Below are positions 8,395-19,121 of a stretch of DNA of 64,000 nt, piece by piece. The notes under the pieces were generated by a model that made no database searches, had not been told where the DNA came from, and was given only the letters and a program-made list of their open reading frames with translations. The position numbers and the translations under genes were made by a program. Origin of the DNA: an uncultured Acidobacteriota bacterium (GTDB lineage Bacteria; Acidobacteriota; Vicinamibacteria; Vicinamibacterales; 2-12-FULL-66-21); contig CAVVSR010000004.1 of assembly GCA_963750935.1 (NCBI GenBank), positions 20,829 through 84,828 of the forward strand, given 5' to 3'. Within the stretch, counting starts at the first letter, position 1; each line of letters opens with the position of its first letter.

Positions 8395-10338
8395 TCACTT
8401 CCGCGCTTCCTGCGCGAGCGCGAAGGGGACGCCGGCAATCATGAGCGTGGCGCTTCTCGCCGGCCCCGCATTCGGCTCGACCTTGATGCGGACGTCCGCG
8501 CTGCCGGATCCCGCCGCCCCCTCGATGATCGTGGCCCACGGCACCGGGCTCGTCGCCGTCCACGAGCAGCCGTCGTCGGCCTTCACCTGCACCTTGATGT
8601 CGTCGGGACCCGGTCCGGAGTTGTAGTACTCCGGTTTGATCGTTACCGTGCACTGCCCATCCTGCGACAGCCTGAAGGCTTCGCCGGCAATCGTCAGCGT
8701 GGCGCTGCGCGGCTCGCCTGCATTGGCGCTCAGCAGGACGCGCACCGTGCCTTGGCCGGTGCCGCTGGCTCCCTCCACAATCGTGGCCCAGGTGACGGGA
8801 CTCGACGCGGTCCACTGACATGGCGCGGTCGTGTCCACCGCGATCCGCACATCGTCGGCGCCGCGACCGGCGTTGTAGCGGTCAGGCTTGACGCGATAGG
8901 AGCAAGGCGCGGCGGCAGCCTGCTCGACCGTGAAGGAGTGGCCGGCGATCGACGCCGTGCCGGTGCGGACCGCGCCGGGGTTCGCGGCCACCGCGAGACG
9001 AACCGACCCATTCCCGGTCCCCGACCCGCCGGAGGCCACCGCGATCCAGGAGGCGCCGCTCGACGTCGTCCAGGCGCAGCCCGCGGCGGTGCGCACCTCG
9101 ACCGTTACGTCTTCGGCCCGGGCCCCGACGCTACGGCCGGTCGGAGCAATGGTGTAGCTGCACGCCGCCGCAGCGGCCTGTTCGACCGTGAAGGACTGCC
9201 CCGCAATCAGCGCCGTGCCGCTCCGGGCCGCGCCGCCGTTCGCGGCCACCACCAGACGCGCTGAGCCGTTTCCTGAGCCGGATCCGCCGGACGCCACCGC
9301 GATCCACGACGCGTTGCTGGCCGCCGTCCATGCGCACCCCGGCGTCGTGCGCACCTCGACCGGCACCTCCTCGCCCGCCGCTCCGACGCTGCGGCTCGCC
9401 GGGGCGATGGTGTAGCCGCAGGCGGCCGCGGTCGCGGCTTCCTGATCGACTGTCAGCACTTGGCCAGCTACGCGTACGGTTCCTGTTCGCGCCGCCCCGG
9501 TATTGACTTGAACCTGTACTCGCACCGTGCCGTTTCCGACGCCTTTGTCCACGTCGAGCAGCCAGATCCACGGGACGTCGCTCGAGACCGTCCAGGCACA
9601 CGCGCTCGACGCGGCGGTGATCGCCACTGTCAGCGTTTCACCAGCGGCCGGCGTTGCCCTGCGCGCGGGCGCAATCACGTTGCGGCACGGCTCATCCGGC
9701 GGAGCGGACGTCCCCAGCTGTCGAACCGACAAGACCGCGCCGGCGATGGTGACACTGGCGGTTCGCGTGGCGCCCGGGTTTCGGCCGAGCACGATCCGAA
9801 TCCTCAGCGCGCCGCTGCCCTCGCTGGGTTCGACGCCAACCCACGGCTCGGAACGCTGTGCCGTCCAGGGGCAGGCGGCCGGCGCTGCAAGCGATACCTC
9901 CACGGCGCCGCCGTCAACGGCGAGCTCGACGGCGGAAGGCGTCAGGTCATAGCGGCACGGCACCGCCTCCTGGCGAACCTCAAACCGTTGCTCGTCGACG
10001 AGAACGCTCCCACGGCGTTCGGCGCCGGCCGGGTTCGGCTGAACCGAGTAGGTCAGCGTCGCAGGTCCCTGTCCCTGACCGGTGTTCAACGAAATCCACG
10101 ACGATTCGACTCGAGCCGACCACGCGCACTCGCGCTCCGTGTTGACCGTCAGCGTGCCGCTGCCTCCGGCCGCGGGGATCATCGCGGCAGCGCCGCTCAC
10201 CGTGATCGCACACCGGGTCCCCGACGGCGCCGTGACGTTGACGTTGCTCGAACTGCCGCATCCCGCCACCACGCAGGCGACGGTCAGGACGATGGCGGCA
10301 ACGAGCGTGGAGTGATGACGACGAAGGCGGGGACCCAT
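8395..10338 (-). CDS. BACON-repeat lipoprotein (about 7 tandem Ig-like repeats)
   Basis: Lipobox VVAGC; repeats of C-x-Y...C-x-W-T-A-x-S...W-I...GSGNG...N.G..R.GT..IAG..FTV.Q, about 86 aa each. Confidence 0.9.
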   Translation of the reverse strand: MGPRLRRHHSTLVAAIVLTVACVVAGCGSSSNVNVTAPSGTRCAITVSGAAAMIPAAGGSGTLTVNTERECAWSARVESSWISLNTGQGQGPATLTYSVQPNPAGAERRGSVLVDEQRFEVRQEAVPCRYDLTPSAVELAVDGGAVEVSLAAPAACPWTAQRSEPWVGVEPSEGSGALRIRIVLGRNPGATRTASVTIAGAVLSVRQLGTSAPPDEPCRNVIAPARRATPAAGETLTVAITAASSACAWTVSSDVPWIWLLDVDKGVGNGTVRVQVQVNTGAARTGTVRVAGQVLTVDQEAATAAACGYTIAPASRSVGAAGEEVPVEVRTTPGCAWTAASNASWIAVASGGSGSGNGSARLVVAANGGAARSGTALIAGQSFTVEQAAAAACSYTIAPTGRSVGARAEDVTVEVRTAAGCAWTTSSGASWIAVASGGSGTGNGSVRLAVAANPGAVRTGTASIAGHSFTVEQAAAAPCSYRVKPDRYNAGRGADDVRIAVDTTAPCQWTASSPVTWATIVEGASGTGQGTVRVLLSANAGEPRSATLTIAGEAFRLSQDGQCTVTIKPEYYNSGPGPDDIKVQVKADDGCSWTATSPVPWATIIEGAAGSGSADVRIKVEPNAGPARSATLMIAGVPFALAQEARK

Positions 10339-10482
10339 GTGCGATCGCGTGGCGCATATGCAAAATCACGGACGGCGCGCGCGGCGTCATCTGCTGCTGT
10401 CGAGGTGAACGACGCTGACGTATGATTTCGCCGGACCCGGTTCGACGGGATCATCTCCGCACGCGAATCAGGGACGCGATCG

Positions 10483-13278
10483 GTGACCTCAGAGCACACA
10501 GTGGATCAGGGGACCTCAGCGGTACCGCCGGGACTGTCCCTCGCCTTCGCGCCGCGGTATCGGCTCGAGCGAGAGCTTGGCAGCGGCGGCATGGCGACGG
10601 TCTACCTCGCACGCGACCTCAAACACGAGCGCGACGTCGCGATCAAGGTGCTCAAACGGGATGTCGCCGCGGCGGTCGGGGCCGAGCGGTTTCTCGACGA
10701 GATCAAGACCACCGCGCATCTCAAACATCCGCACATCCTCCCGCTCTTCGACTCCGGTTCGACCGACGGCACGCTGTTCTACGTCATGCCGTTCATCGAC
10801 GGCGAATCGCTGCGCGGCCGGCTGCGACGCGACCAGCGCCTGCCGATCGGGGCGACCGTGCGCATCCTCCGCGAGCTGGCCGACGCGCTGGCGCACGCCC
10901 ATGCGAAGGGGATCATCCACCGCGACGTGAAGCCGGACAACGTGCTCATCGCCGATCGCCACGTCTTCCTCGCGGACTTCGGCATCGCGCGCGCGCTGGC
11001 CGCGCACGCCGACGGCACCACGATGACCGGCACCGGGATCATGGTCGGCACGCCCGCCTACATGTCGCCGGAGCAGATCGTGTCGGGTCCGATCGATCAT
11101 CGGACCGACATCTATGCGCTGGGCGTACTCGCATACGAGCTGCTGACCGGATCGCTGCCGTTCACGGGATCCTCGCAGGAGGTCGTCGCCGCGAAACTGA
11201 CGCAGACGCCCGAACCGGTGTCGCGCCTCAGGCCCGAGGCCCCGCGTCCGCTCACGGACCTGATCATGCGGTGCCTCCACAGCGCGCCGGACCTGCGATG
11301 GCAGCGCGCGGATGATCTGCTCCCGGTGCTGGACGGTCTCAGCGGAGTCGAGACCGCGTCGGTACCGGTGGGCGGGACCCGATCGCGAGCGCGTCTTTTG
11401 TGGGCCGCCGCGGCGTTCCTGATCGTCGCCGCGATCGCGGCCGCCTGGTACACACGGACGATGACGCCGGCGCCCGAATCGGCAACGGTGTCGGGAGCCG
11501 GGTCGCTCTCCGCGTCGCCGCCAGGGTCGCTAGCCGGGTCGCTAGCCGGGTCGCTAGCAGTGACGGTCGGCAGAATCGCGCGCATTACGTCGGAGCCTGG
11601 ACTGGAGCTCGATCCGGCGATCGCCCCGGATGGCCGCACCATCGCCTATGCGGCCGGTCCGATTGGCAGCATGCGCATCTACGTCCGGCAGATCACCGGC
11701 GGCCGCATGACGCCGTTGACCGACGAGCGTTTCGTCGACGGGCAGCGCTGGCCGCAGTGGTCGTCTGACGGCGCACGTATTGCGTTTCAGGCCGGGCCGC
11801 AGCGCCTCAGCCAGCGCAGTCGATCCAGGGGCCGGCTCGATCTATCAGACGCCCGCGATCGGCGGCATCCCGACGCGGCTGTTCGGCGCGCTTCCGGGTG
11901 GCCTGGCGCTCGCGCCGTCGTGGTCGCCCGACAACGCCGAGATCGTCTTCGCCGCCGCAAACGGGTTGTCGCTCGTGCCAGCGGGCGGTGGTGGCACGCC
12001 GCGACTGCTGGTGGCGGGAACGGGCCTGCATTCACCGCGATGGTCCGCCGATCGCCGCCGGCTCGCCTACGTCAGGGGCGCGGAGATGTTCACGTTCGGC
12101 GAGGAAATGATGGGGAACGTCTCCAACGGCGCCATCGTGGTGTTCCTGCCCGCGACCGGGCAGACCGTGCAGGTGACGAGCGGCGAATGGCTCGACACCA
12201 ACCCGCAGTGGATGCCCGACAATCAGACGCTGCTGTTCATCTCGACCCGCGGCGGCGGCCGCGACGTCTACACGCTGCGCCTCACGGCGGACGCCCGGCC
12301 CGACGGCGAGCCGCAGCGCCTGACATCGGGCCTCAACGCGCACACCATTTCGCTGTCCGCCGACGCGCGGCTGCTGGCCTACGCGTCGTACAGCCCGACC
12401 GCCAACATCTGGTCGGTGCCGATCCCGGAGAAGGGCGTCGCCTCGATCGCCGATGCGCAGCAGGTCACGTTCGGGAACGAGAAGATCGAGAAGCTGGCGA
12501 TCTCGCCGGACGGCAAGTGGCTGGCCTATGACTCGGACCGCAACGGCCAGTCGGACATCTGGAAGGTGCCCCTCGCCGGGGGCGTCGCCGAGCAGGTCAC
12601 GCGCAGTCCCAATCACGAGTTCGTCAACGGCTGGTCGCCGGACGGACAGGAGATCGTGTTCCACTCGATCCGCGAACGCACGCATCGCGACGTGCTCGTC
12701 GTCGCGGCCGACGGCACGCGCACCGACGTCGTGGTCGGCACGCCTGCCGAAGAGCAGCACTCGTCGTGGGGCCCCGACGGCAACAGCATCCTCTTCGATG
12801 CCGGCGACCCCGGCGAAAGCAGTCGCTGGGAGACCTTCGTCGTGACTCGTCCACAGCGCGGCGCGGCCTGGGGCACGCCGCGACAGATCACCAAGGGTGG
12901 CAGCTCCGATCCGAAGTGGTCGCCGGACGGACGGCTGATTGCCTTCTGCGCCCACGGACAGCTGCGCCTCATCAATCCCGACGGCACGGGAGAACGCACG
13001 CTGGTCGGCGCCGGCGGCGGCGACGATCGTCAGGAGCCGGAGTATGTGGTGTGGTCGCGCGACAGCCAGACCATCTACTACAAGGCCTACGACCGCTACC
13101 GGCAGTCGGCGATCTGGTCGGTGCCGGTCTCGGGGGGCCGTCGCGGCTGCTGGTCCGCTTCGACGATCCATCACGACGCTCGCTGCGCCGCGAGTTCGAC
13201 ACCGACGGGCGGCGGTTCTACTTCACGGTCGCGAGCGACGAGAGCGATCTGTGGTCGATGGAGCTGATCCGCAAGTGA
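10483..13278 (+). CDS. Hanks-type Ser/Thr kinase with TM helix and TolB/PD40 beta-propeller; frame breaks at about 11820 and 13135
   Basis: LGSGGMATVY, VAIKVL, HRDVKPDN, DFGIA, GTPAYMSPEQ, then repeated WSPDG motifs across three frames. Confidence 0.92.
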
Positions 13279-13316
13279 GATCAGTGATCAGTGATCAGTG
13301 ATCGGTGAGCAGTGAG
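13275..13316. repeat. GTGATCA heptamer tandem repeat
   Basis: gtgagatcagtgatcagtgatcagtgatcggtgagcagtgag between convergent genes. Confidence 0.7.
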
Positions 13317-13333
13317 CGGAGGAACTTATGGAC

Positions 13334-13786
13334 TCACTCGATTCTGGCGAGGCCGATCGCGACGGTAGGGTTGGTCGGGGTAAAGGTCTTCTCCGCGGCC
13401 ACGTAGCCCGGTGCGGAGGCGCGCACCGTCAACTCGACGTCGCTGACGAGCCCCTTGAACTGAAACCCGCCGCTGTGCGCCCACGCGTCGCAGGGTGTGA
13501 CCTGCTTGACGATCTCGCCGATCCGCTGACCGCGGACGATCTCAACCGTCGCGTCAGGGATGCAGATACCGTTGGCGTCGACGACGAATCCCCACAGGAG
13601 CGTCGCGACAGAAGGCGGACCAGGTGGAACGGGCGGAACTGGTGGAGGAGCAGGGGGAACGATCTCGGGCCTGGCAGCCGGGTCTGGCGACGTTGGCGGC
13701 CTGCCCTGCTCTGAGCACGCGACGACGGTGCACAGCAGGAGGACAACCAGTCCAATCGAGGATTTCCGCCGGGGGTCAGTAAACAT
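13334..13786 (-). CDS. Lipoprotein with carboxypeptidase-regulatory-like domain
   Basis: ATG at 13786, lipobox VVAC, Pro-rich linker, LWGFVVDANG.CIPDATVEI...VRASAPGY. Confidence 0.7.
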   Translation of the reverse strand: MFTDPRRKSSIGLVVLLLCTVVACSEQGRPPTSPDPAARPEIVPPAPPPVPPVPPGPPSVATLLWGFVVDANGICIPDATVEIVRGQRIGEIVKQVTPCDAWAHSGGFQFKGLVSDVELTVRASAPGYVAAEKTFTPTNPTVAIGLARIE

Positions 13787-14012
13787 GGTGCAACCCCGTT
13801 CGAAACCATTTGGGACCGGATCTGGTCGCGAGCATACCACGCGGCGTCCCGAGTGCAACGGACGCGAGATCGACCAGGCTCGGGAGCCAGCACACGGCAC
13901 GGCGTCATCGTAATCGCGGACAAATCTGTGGCCGTTCGACAGAACCGTCAGCCGACGCGCGCAGCGTGGTAGAAAGCATGGCCCTCCGCGTTGCTCCTCC
14001 TCAGCATCCACT

Positions 14013-14999
14013 TTGCAGCAGGCCCGGCTCGTGCCGATTCGATCGCTGCTCCTCGTCACCGTCCTGCTGCAGGCCGTCCCGGGCCGGCCGCCCGAAGCGG
14101 AGTATCTGACCTCCCGCGCCGACGTCCAGGTGATGAATCGCCAGTTCGACGCCGCCGCCGCGCTCTATCGCGACGCGCTGGCCGTCTCCGCCGACTATCC
14201 GCCGGCGCGCAAGGGACTGGGACGCGTCTACGACCTCCAGCGCCAGCACGCGGAGGCCCAGGCGGAGTACCAGAGCGCCCTGCGACTGGCCAACGAGTTC
14301 GAGAGGCCCGAGATCCTGCGACAGCTCGCGATCTCGTTCGTCTTCCAGCGCCGCTACGCAGACGCCGAGCGGACCACGCACCAATGGATGGACGTGGTGA
14401 CGGCGAAGCACGGCGGCGAGCGGCCGCTCGGGTATCTCGACTTCTATGAGCTGGCGCTCGCGAAGGGCGACTTCGATGAAGCCGGTCGCGTGCTCGACAC
14501 CTTCTTCGCGTCGAGCCGGTTGCCGCAGACCGCGGCGGGCGCCGTCGATCCACAGGCGATCCTCGGCGACATCGAATGGGCCCGGGACCAAGCGATGCGA
14601 GCGATCCTGGCGGCGCGACGAGGCCGGACGGACGAAGCCAGGACGCTGCAGCGTGGCGCGGAGGCGCGGCTGGTTCCGGCACTGAAGCGGTTGCAGGCCG
14701 CCGCACCGGCCGGACTGCCCGCGAACGCGATCACGACTGAGGTCGACGAGATGATGTTCCCGGCCGGCGAGCTCGCCTTCTGGCTGGGCGACACGGCCCG
14801 CGCGATCCGCGCGATGACGCCGATGACGGTCAAGCTGCCGCGCCACCACCTGATGCTCGGGCAGGCGCACGAGAAGGAAGGGAATCTGGCCGCCGCGCGC
14901 GACGCCTATCGCCGCATCGTGGAATCGCCGGTGCTCAGCCTCGAGCTCGCCTGGGCACGTCCTCTCGCGGAGGCAAGACTCGACGCGATCGGGCGGTAG
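14013..14999 (+). CDS. Tetratricopeptide-repeat protein, probably exported
   Basis: TPR-like helices (AAALYRDAL..YPPARKGLGRVY; LGQAHEKEGNLAAARDAY) and a hydrophobic N-terminus. Confidence 0.7.
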   Translation: MQQARLVPIRSLLLVTVLLQAVPGRPPEAEYLTSRADVQVMNRQFDAAAALYRDALAVSADYPPARKGLGRVYDLQRQHAEAQAEYQSALRLANEFERPEILRQLAISFVFQRRYADAERTTHQWMDVVTAKHGGERPLGYLDFYELALAKGDFDEAGRVLDTFFASSRLPQTAAGAVDPQAILGDIEWARDQAMRAILAARRGRTDEARTLQRGAEARLVPALKRLQAAAPAGLPANAITTEVDEMMFPAGELAFWLGDTARAIRAMTPMTVKLPRHHLMLGQAHEKEGNLAAARDAYRRIVESPVLSLELAWARPLAEARLDAIGR

Positions 15000-15151
15000 G
15001 TGCTGAACCTGAACCCGTCGTGATCGGGGATCGGGGATCGGCGTTCGGGGACTCGAGTCGCCACCCCACCGCGTCAACAAACGCGCGGCTCGCGCCCCGG
15101 ACGCACGCGCGGAAAGATGCCCTCTCCGAGCACGTCGACTCCCAACTCCGA

Positions 15152-16015
15152 CTAGACGTCGCAGACCGTCACAGCCTCCCGCAGGCCTTCCATGGCGCCT
15201 CGCGTCGGGATGAACTCGTGGGCGACGTACCCGCTGTAGCCGACGTCGAGGAGCGCCTGCATCAGCGGCGCGTACCGCAGTTCCTGCGCATCGTCCAGCT
15301 CACCGCGGCCCGGGACGCCGGCCGTGTGGACATGGCCGATCAGATCCGCGCCGTACTGCCGGATCCGGCCGATGATGTCGCCGTGCATGATCTGCACGTG
15401 GTAGATGTCGAACAGCAGCTTGACGCGGGGCGATCCGACCTGACGGATGATGTCGGCGCAGTAGTCGACGTCATCACCCTGGTAACCGGGGTGGCCCTTG
15501 AAATCGTGGTCGGCGACACGAGTGTTCAGGTGTTCCAGGACGATCGTGACGCCGTGCCGCTCGGCGTCGCGCGCCAGCGCTTTGAGGCCTTTCACCGTGT
15601 TGGCGGTGGCCTCGTCGCGAGGGATCTCGCCGCTCGTCGGGTTCTCGGCATCACGCCACCTGTAGCCGGTGAACGCGATCACCGACGGCACCTTCGCCTG
15701 AGCGCACTCCTCGATCCGCCTGCGGGTGCGTGAGAGGACCTCCTCGTGGTAGCGCGGGTTGTTCAGGCCTTTCATGTAGGGCGGACCGGGCATGCCGTTG
15801 AGCGCGACGGCGCAGGTGAGTCCGGCTGATTCGAGGGTTGGCCAGTCGTCCGGGCCCACCAGATCGAGCGCCGGACAGCCGAGATCGCGAGCGGCACGGC
15901 ACACGCCCCCCAGATCCCATTTCTCGCCGAAGAGCATGTAGGGCCACGCGACGACAGCCTGCCGGATGCGGCCGTTGCGGATGGCGGGTCCTTCCTTGTC
16001 CTGCGCGTGTGTCAA
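15152..16015 (-). CDS. Hydroxypyruvate isomerase-like TIM barrel (AP endonuclease 2 family)
   Basis: LEHLN, GHPGYQGD, LLFDIYHVQIMHGD, HVHTAGVPGRGEL and GYVAHEF. Confidence 0.88.
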   Translation of the reverse strand: MTHAQDKEGPAIRNGRIRQAVVAWPYMLFGEKWDLGGVCRAARDLGCPALDLVGPDDWPTLESAGLTCAVALNGMPGPPYMKGLNNPRYHEEVLSRTRRRIEECAQAKVPSVIAFTGYRWRDAENPTSGEIPRDEATANTVKGLKALARDAERHGVTIVLEHLNTRVADHDFKGHPGYQGDDVDYCADIIRQVGSPRVKLLFDIYHVQIMHGDIIGRIRQYGADLIGHVHTAGVPGRGELDDAQELRYAPLMQALLDVGYSGYVAHEFIPTRGAMEGLREAVTVCDV

Positions 16016-16240
16016 GCGTCAACTCCCCTCTCCAGGCAACGGTACCGTACACGCCCGCGCCTGCACGACACCTCCCGCGAGGTGAAGGTCGCCAGATCGT
16101 GGATACTCTTGCGGATGAGGTGACGGGCTCGCGGTTTCTTTCGATGACCCAATCGATCCCCGCTGTCGATCTGGCGTAACGGCGTGCGTATAGAGGGTGA
16201 ACGCCGGCCTGACGCCGGCGGCATCATCCAGGAGCGCGCC

Positions 16241-16591
16241 ATGAAGCAATACCTGCTCAGCATTTACCAACCCGACGGTCCGCCGCCGGCAGATCTCGAC
16301 CTGGAAAGCATCATGCGCGACGTGCACGCCCTGCAGGACGAGATGAAGCGGGCCGGCGCGTGGGTGTTCTCAGCCGGGTTGCACCCGCCGGACACCGCCA
16401 CAGTCGTCCGCGTCCAGGATGGAGAGGTGCTGTTGACCGACGGACCCTACACCGAAGGCAAAGAGCACCTCGGGGGATTCAGCATCATCCGGGCCGCCGA
16501 TCTCGATGCGGCGCTCGACTGGGGCCGGCGGCTCGCGCGCGTGCTCACGCCGCTGGCGATCGAGGTACGCCCGTTCCAGGACGATCACTGA
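16241..16591 (+). CDS. YciI/DGPF-family protein
   Basis: GLHPPDTATVVR, TDGPYTEGKEHLGGF, IEVRPF; TGATG overlap with the sigma factor. Confidence 0.9.
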   Translation: MKQYLLSIYQPDGPPPADLDLESIMRDVHALQDEMKRAGAWVFSAGLHPPDTATVVRVQDGEVLLTDGPYTEGKEHLGGFSIIRAADLDAALDWGRRLARVLTPLAIEVRPFQDDH

Positions 16592-17823
16592 TGCCGGAGG
16601 CGCACGACCTCACCACGCAGGAGATCGAGCGTGTGTTCCGTCAGGAGTACGGTCGTGCGGTGGCCGTCCTGGTTCGCTGCTTCGGCGACATCACCATGGC
16701 GGAGGAAGCCGTCCAGGAGGCATTCGCGACAGCGCTGCAGCGCTGGCCGTCGGCCGGGATCCCACCGAGCCCTCCGGCCTGGATCATCACCACCGCGCGG
16801 AACCGCGCGATCGATCGATTTCGGCGTGACGCGTCGCGACAGGCCCGACAGTCGCAGTACGCCGCGCTGCAGCACGCCGACGAAGCGGCGGACGAGGATC
16901 TCGTGACGGACCAGCGCCTGCGCCTGATCTTCACGTGCTGTCACCCGGCGCTCGCGCAGGCCGCGCAGGTGGCCCTGACGCTGCGGCTGCTCGGCGGTCT
17001 GACGACGGCGGAGATCGCGCGGGCGTTCCTGGTGCCGGAGAGCACGATGGCGCAGCGACTCGTGCGGGCCAAGGGCAAGATTCGCGACGCCAGCATCCCG
17101 TATCGCGTGCCCGACGCCGCTGAGCTCCCGGTGCGCCTGCGGTCGGTACTCGCCGTCGTCTATCTGATCTTCAATGAAGGCTACGCCGCGAGCTCGGGGC
17201 ACCAGTTGGTCCGCGACGACCTGTCTCGCGAGGCGATTCGTCTCGGCCGGCAGCTCGCCGAGCTGATGCCGGACGAACCCGAGGTGATGGGGCTCGTCGC
17301 CCTGATGCTGCTGATCGAGTCGCGCCGTTCCGCGCGACTCACGGCCGGTGGAGATCTCGTGCTGCTGGCCGATCAGGATCGACGGCAGTGGGATCGTGCG
17401 CTGATCGCCGAGGGACAGGCGATCGTGCGCCGCTGCCTGGCGCGGAACCAGCCGGGGCCGTACCAGATCCAGGCGGCGATCAACGCCGTCCACAGCAGCG
17501 CCGCCAGTGCCGATGCTACCGACTGGCGGCAGATCCTGCAGCTCTACGATCATCTGCTGTCGGTCGCGCCCGGCCCGGTCGTCGCGCTCAATCGCGCGGT
17601 GGCGGTCGCGGAAGTCCACGGACCGCACGCGGCGCTGACCCTCATCGACGGCCTCCCGCTCGACCGCTACTATCTCTTTCACGCCATCCGCGCAGATCTC
17701 CTGCGGCGTCTCGGCCGCACTACCGAAGCGGCATCAGCCTACGAGGCGGCGATCGCGCTCAGTGGAAACGCCACCGAACGCGGCTTCCTCACCCACCGCC
17801 GCGACACGCTGCTCCATCCCTGA
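16591..17823 (+). CDS. ECF RNA polymerase sigma factor, ECF42-type with C-terminal TPR extension
   Basis: AEEAVQEAF, WIITTARNRAID, LRLIFTCCHPAL, VYLIFNEGY and GPYQIQAAI; preceded by a YciI gene. Confidence 0.92.
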   Translation: MPEAHDLTTQEIERVFRQEYGRAVAVLVRCFGDITMAEEAVQEAFATALQRWPSAGIPPSPPAWIITTARNRAIDRFRRDASRQARQSQYAALQHADEAADEDLVTDQRLRLIFTCCHPALAQAAQVALTLRLLGGLTTAEIARAFLVPESTMAQRLVRAKGKIRDASIPYRVPDAAELPVRLRSVLAVVYLIFNEGYAASSGHQLVRDDLSREAIRLGRQLAELMPDEPEVMGLVALMLLIESRRSARLTAGGDLVLLADQDRRQWDRALIAEGQAIVRRCLARNQPGPYQIQAAINAVHSSAASADATDWRQILQLYDHLLSVAPGPVVALNRAVAVAEVHGPHAALTLIDGLPLDRYYLFHAIRADLLRRLGRTTEAASAYEAAIALSGNATERGFLTHRRDTLLHP

Positions 17824-19042
17824 TCGACGCCGCGAGTCGATCGTCGAAGCCAAGGCGCCTTGCGGCTTCCGCTTCCGCTAAAGCGGCGGCGGTCGGCCGG
17901 AGCCTTGGGCGAAGGCGGAAGCCGGGAGCCACGAGTCCAGGAAGCCGCGCCTGTCGCGGCCGCCTACTGTGTGGCGACAACGTCGCCGGCCGCCCATGCG
18001 GTGGCGCGCGTTTCACGTCTCGCTGCGCGGCGTCAGCGGGTGCCGTCACCGTCGCGACAATGGCCAGCGACGTCGCGTCGCGGACCAGGACCGGCGCCGG
18101 CACCCCGGCGCGCTCGCAGATTCGCGCGAGATCGTCCTCGGCTCGCTCGATCAGCGTCCAGTCGCCCATGTACTCGATCCACACCCTGAACGGGTTGCCG
18201 CGCGCGATGTTCGTGAAGACGATCCGCCCGGCCGGCGCCAGCATCGCATGGGCGTCCGACAGGGTCCGCGCGATGAAGCGATCGGACAGGTAGTCGAACA
18301 GGCCGCCGGCCAGGATCAGGTCGAACGGCCCCTCGTCCCGGACGCGCCGCAGCACCCGGGGGACCATGCCGTGCACGAAGCGGCAGCGATCCGCGATCGG
18401 CTCGAGCTTCCCGCGTGAAAAGGCCAGCGCATCCGGATCGCTGTCGCAGAGCACGACGGTCGCGGACGCGGGCACCTGGTCGATGACGGCGCGCAGATCG
18501 GGACTGCTGCCGCAGCCGATCGACAGGATGCGGCACGGCCGCGGGCCGGCGAAGCCTGAGATGAGCGCCTGCAGCATGCACGCCGCCTGGAAGCTGACCT
18601 TGTTGCGGTGCTGTTGCGAGATCGGCGAGTTCAGCGCGTAGCTCTCGATCGCGTGTGCCAGCGTCCCGGCCGGCGCGCGGTTCTCGCCGCGGCACAGCCA
18701 TTCGATCGTTTCGAAGTCACCGGGATAGCCGCGCGGCCATTGCTGCAGGCGGGTGACGAAGGGCGACGCGCCGTGGATGTCGCGCGCGGACGCGACCATC
18801 GCCCGGATGTCGGCGTCCGGGACGCCGGCGGCCTCGCAGTGGGTCAGCGCGTCGCAGAGGTCGTGAACGATCGAGACCAGGCGATGGTAATGGCGCGGGC
18901 CGATCAGGCCGGTTCCGGCCAGGCCCTCGAGCTGCTGACAGGCGTGCGACAGGCGCGCCAGTGCGGTCCCCGGGTCGTTCTCGCGCTCATGGTCCGGGTC
19001 GAAATCCAGGGCGGTGGCATGCGGGCTCCACTTGATCGGCAT
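17789..19042 (-). CDS. Class I SAM-dependent methyltransferase, PhcB-like; 3' end uncertain
   Basis: PRGYPGDFE, HRNK, ILSIGCGS, AGGLFDYL, NPFRVWIEYMGDWTLIER; ATG at 19042 after GGAG. Confidence 0.8.
   Translation of the reverse strand: MPIKWSPHATALDFDPDHERENDPGTALARLSHACQQLEGLAGTGLIGPRHYHRLVSIVHDLCDALTHCEAAGVPDADIRAMVASARDIHGASPFVTRLQQWPRGYPGDFETIEWLCRGENRAPAGTLAHAIESYALNSPISQQHRNKVSFQAACMLQALISGFAGPRPCRILSIGCGSSPDLRAVIDQVPASATVVLCDSDPDALAFSRGKLEPIADRCRFVHGMVPRVLRRVRDEGPFDLILAGGLFDYLSDRFIARTLSDAHAMLAPAGRIVFTNIARGNPFRVWIEYMGDWTLIERAEDDLARICERAGVPAPVLVRDATSLAIVATVTAPADAAQRDVKRAPPHGRPATLSPHSRRPRQARLPGLVAPGFRLRPRLRPTAAALAEAEAARRLGFDDRLAASIRDGAACRGGG
17840..17935. repeat. REP-like palindromic element between convergent genes
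   Basis: ggcttccgcttccgctaaagcggcggcgg...gagccttgggcgaaggcggaagcc, with paired ends ggcttccgc/gcggaagcc. Confidence 0.5.
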
Positions 19043-19121
19043 CGTCGACTCCCTCCGGTGTCTCCTGTCCGGTAGACGGACAGGAGCCGGGGGTTTCCGC
19101 GACGCCCTGGATCGCCGGCTG

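Noticed and set aside
11524-11559. 12-bp tandem repeat x3 (GSLA) in the kinase linker
   Set aside because: In-frame slippage repeat in a low-complexity linker with no evidence of function.
16241-17823. YciI plus TPR-extended ECF sigma pair as a novel system
   Set aside because: This is the well-described ECF42/DGPF arrangement.
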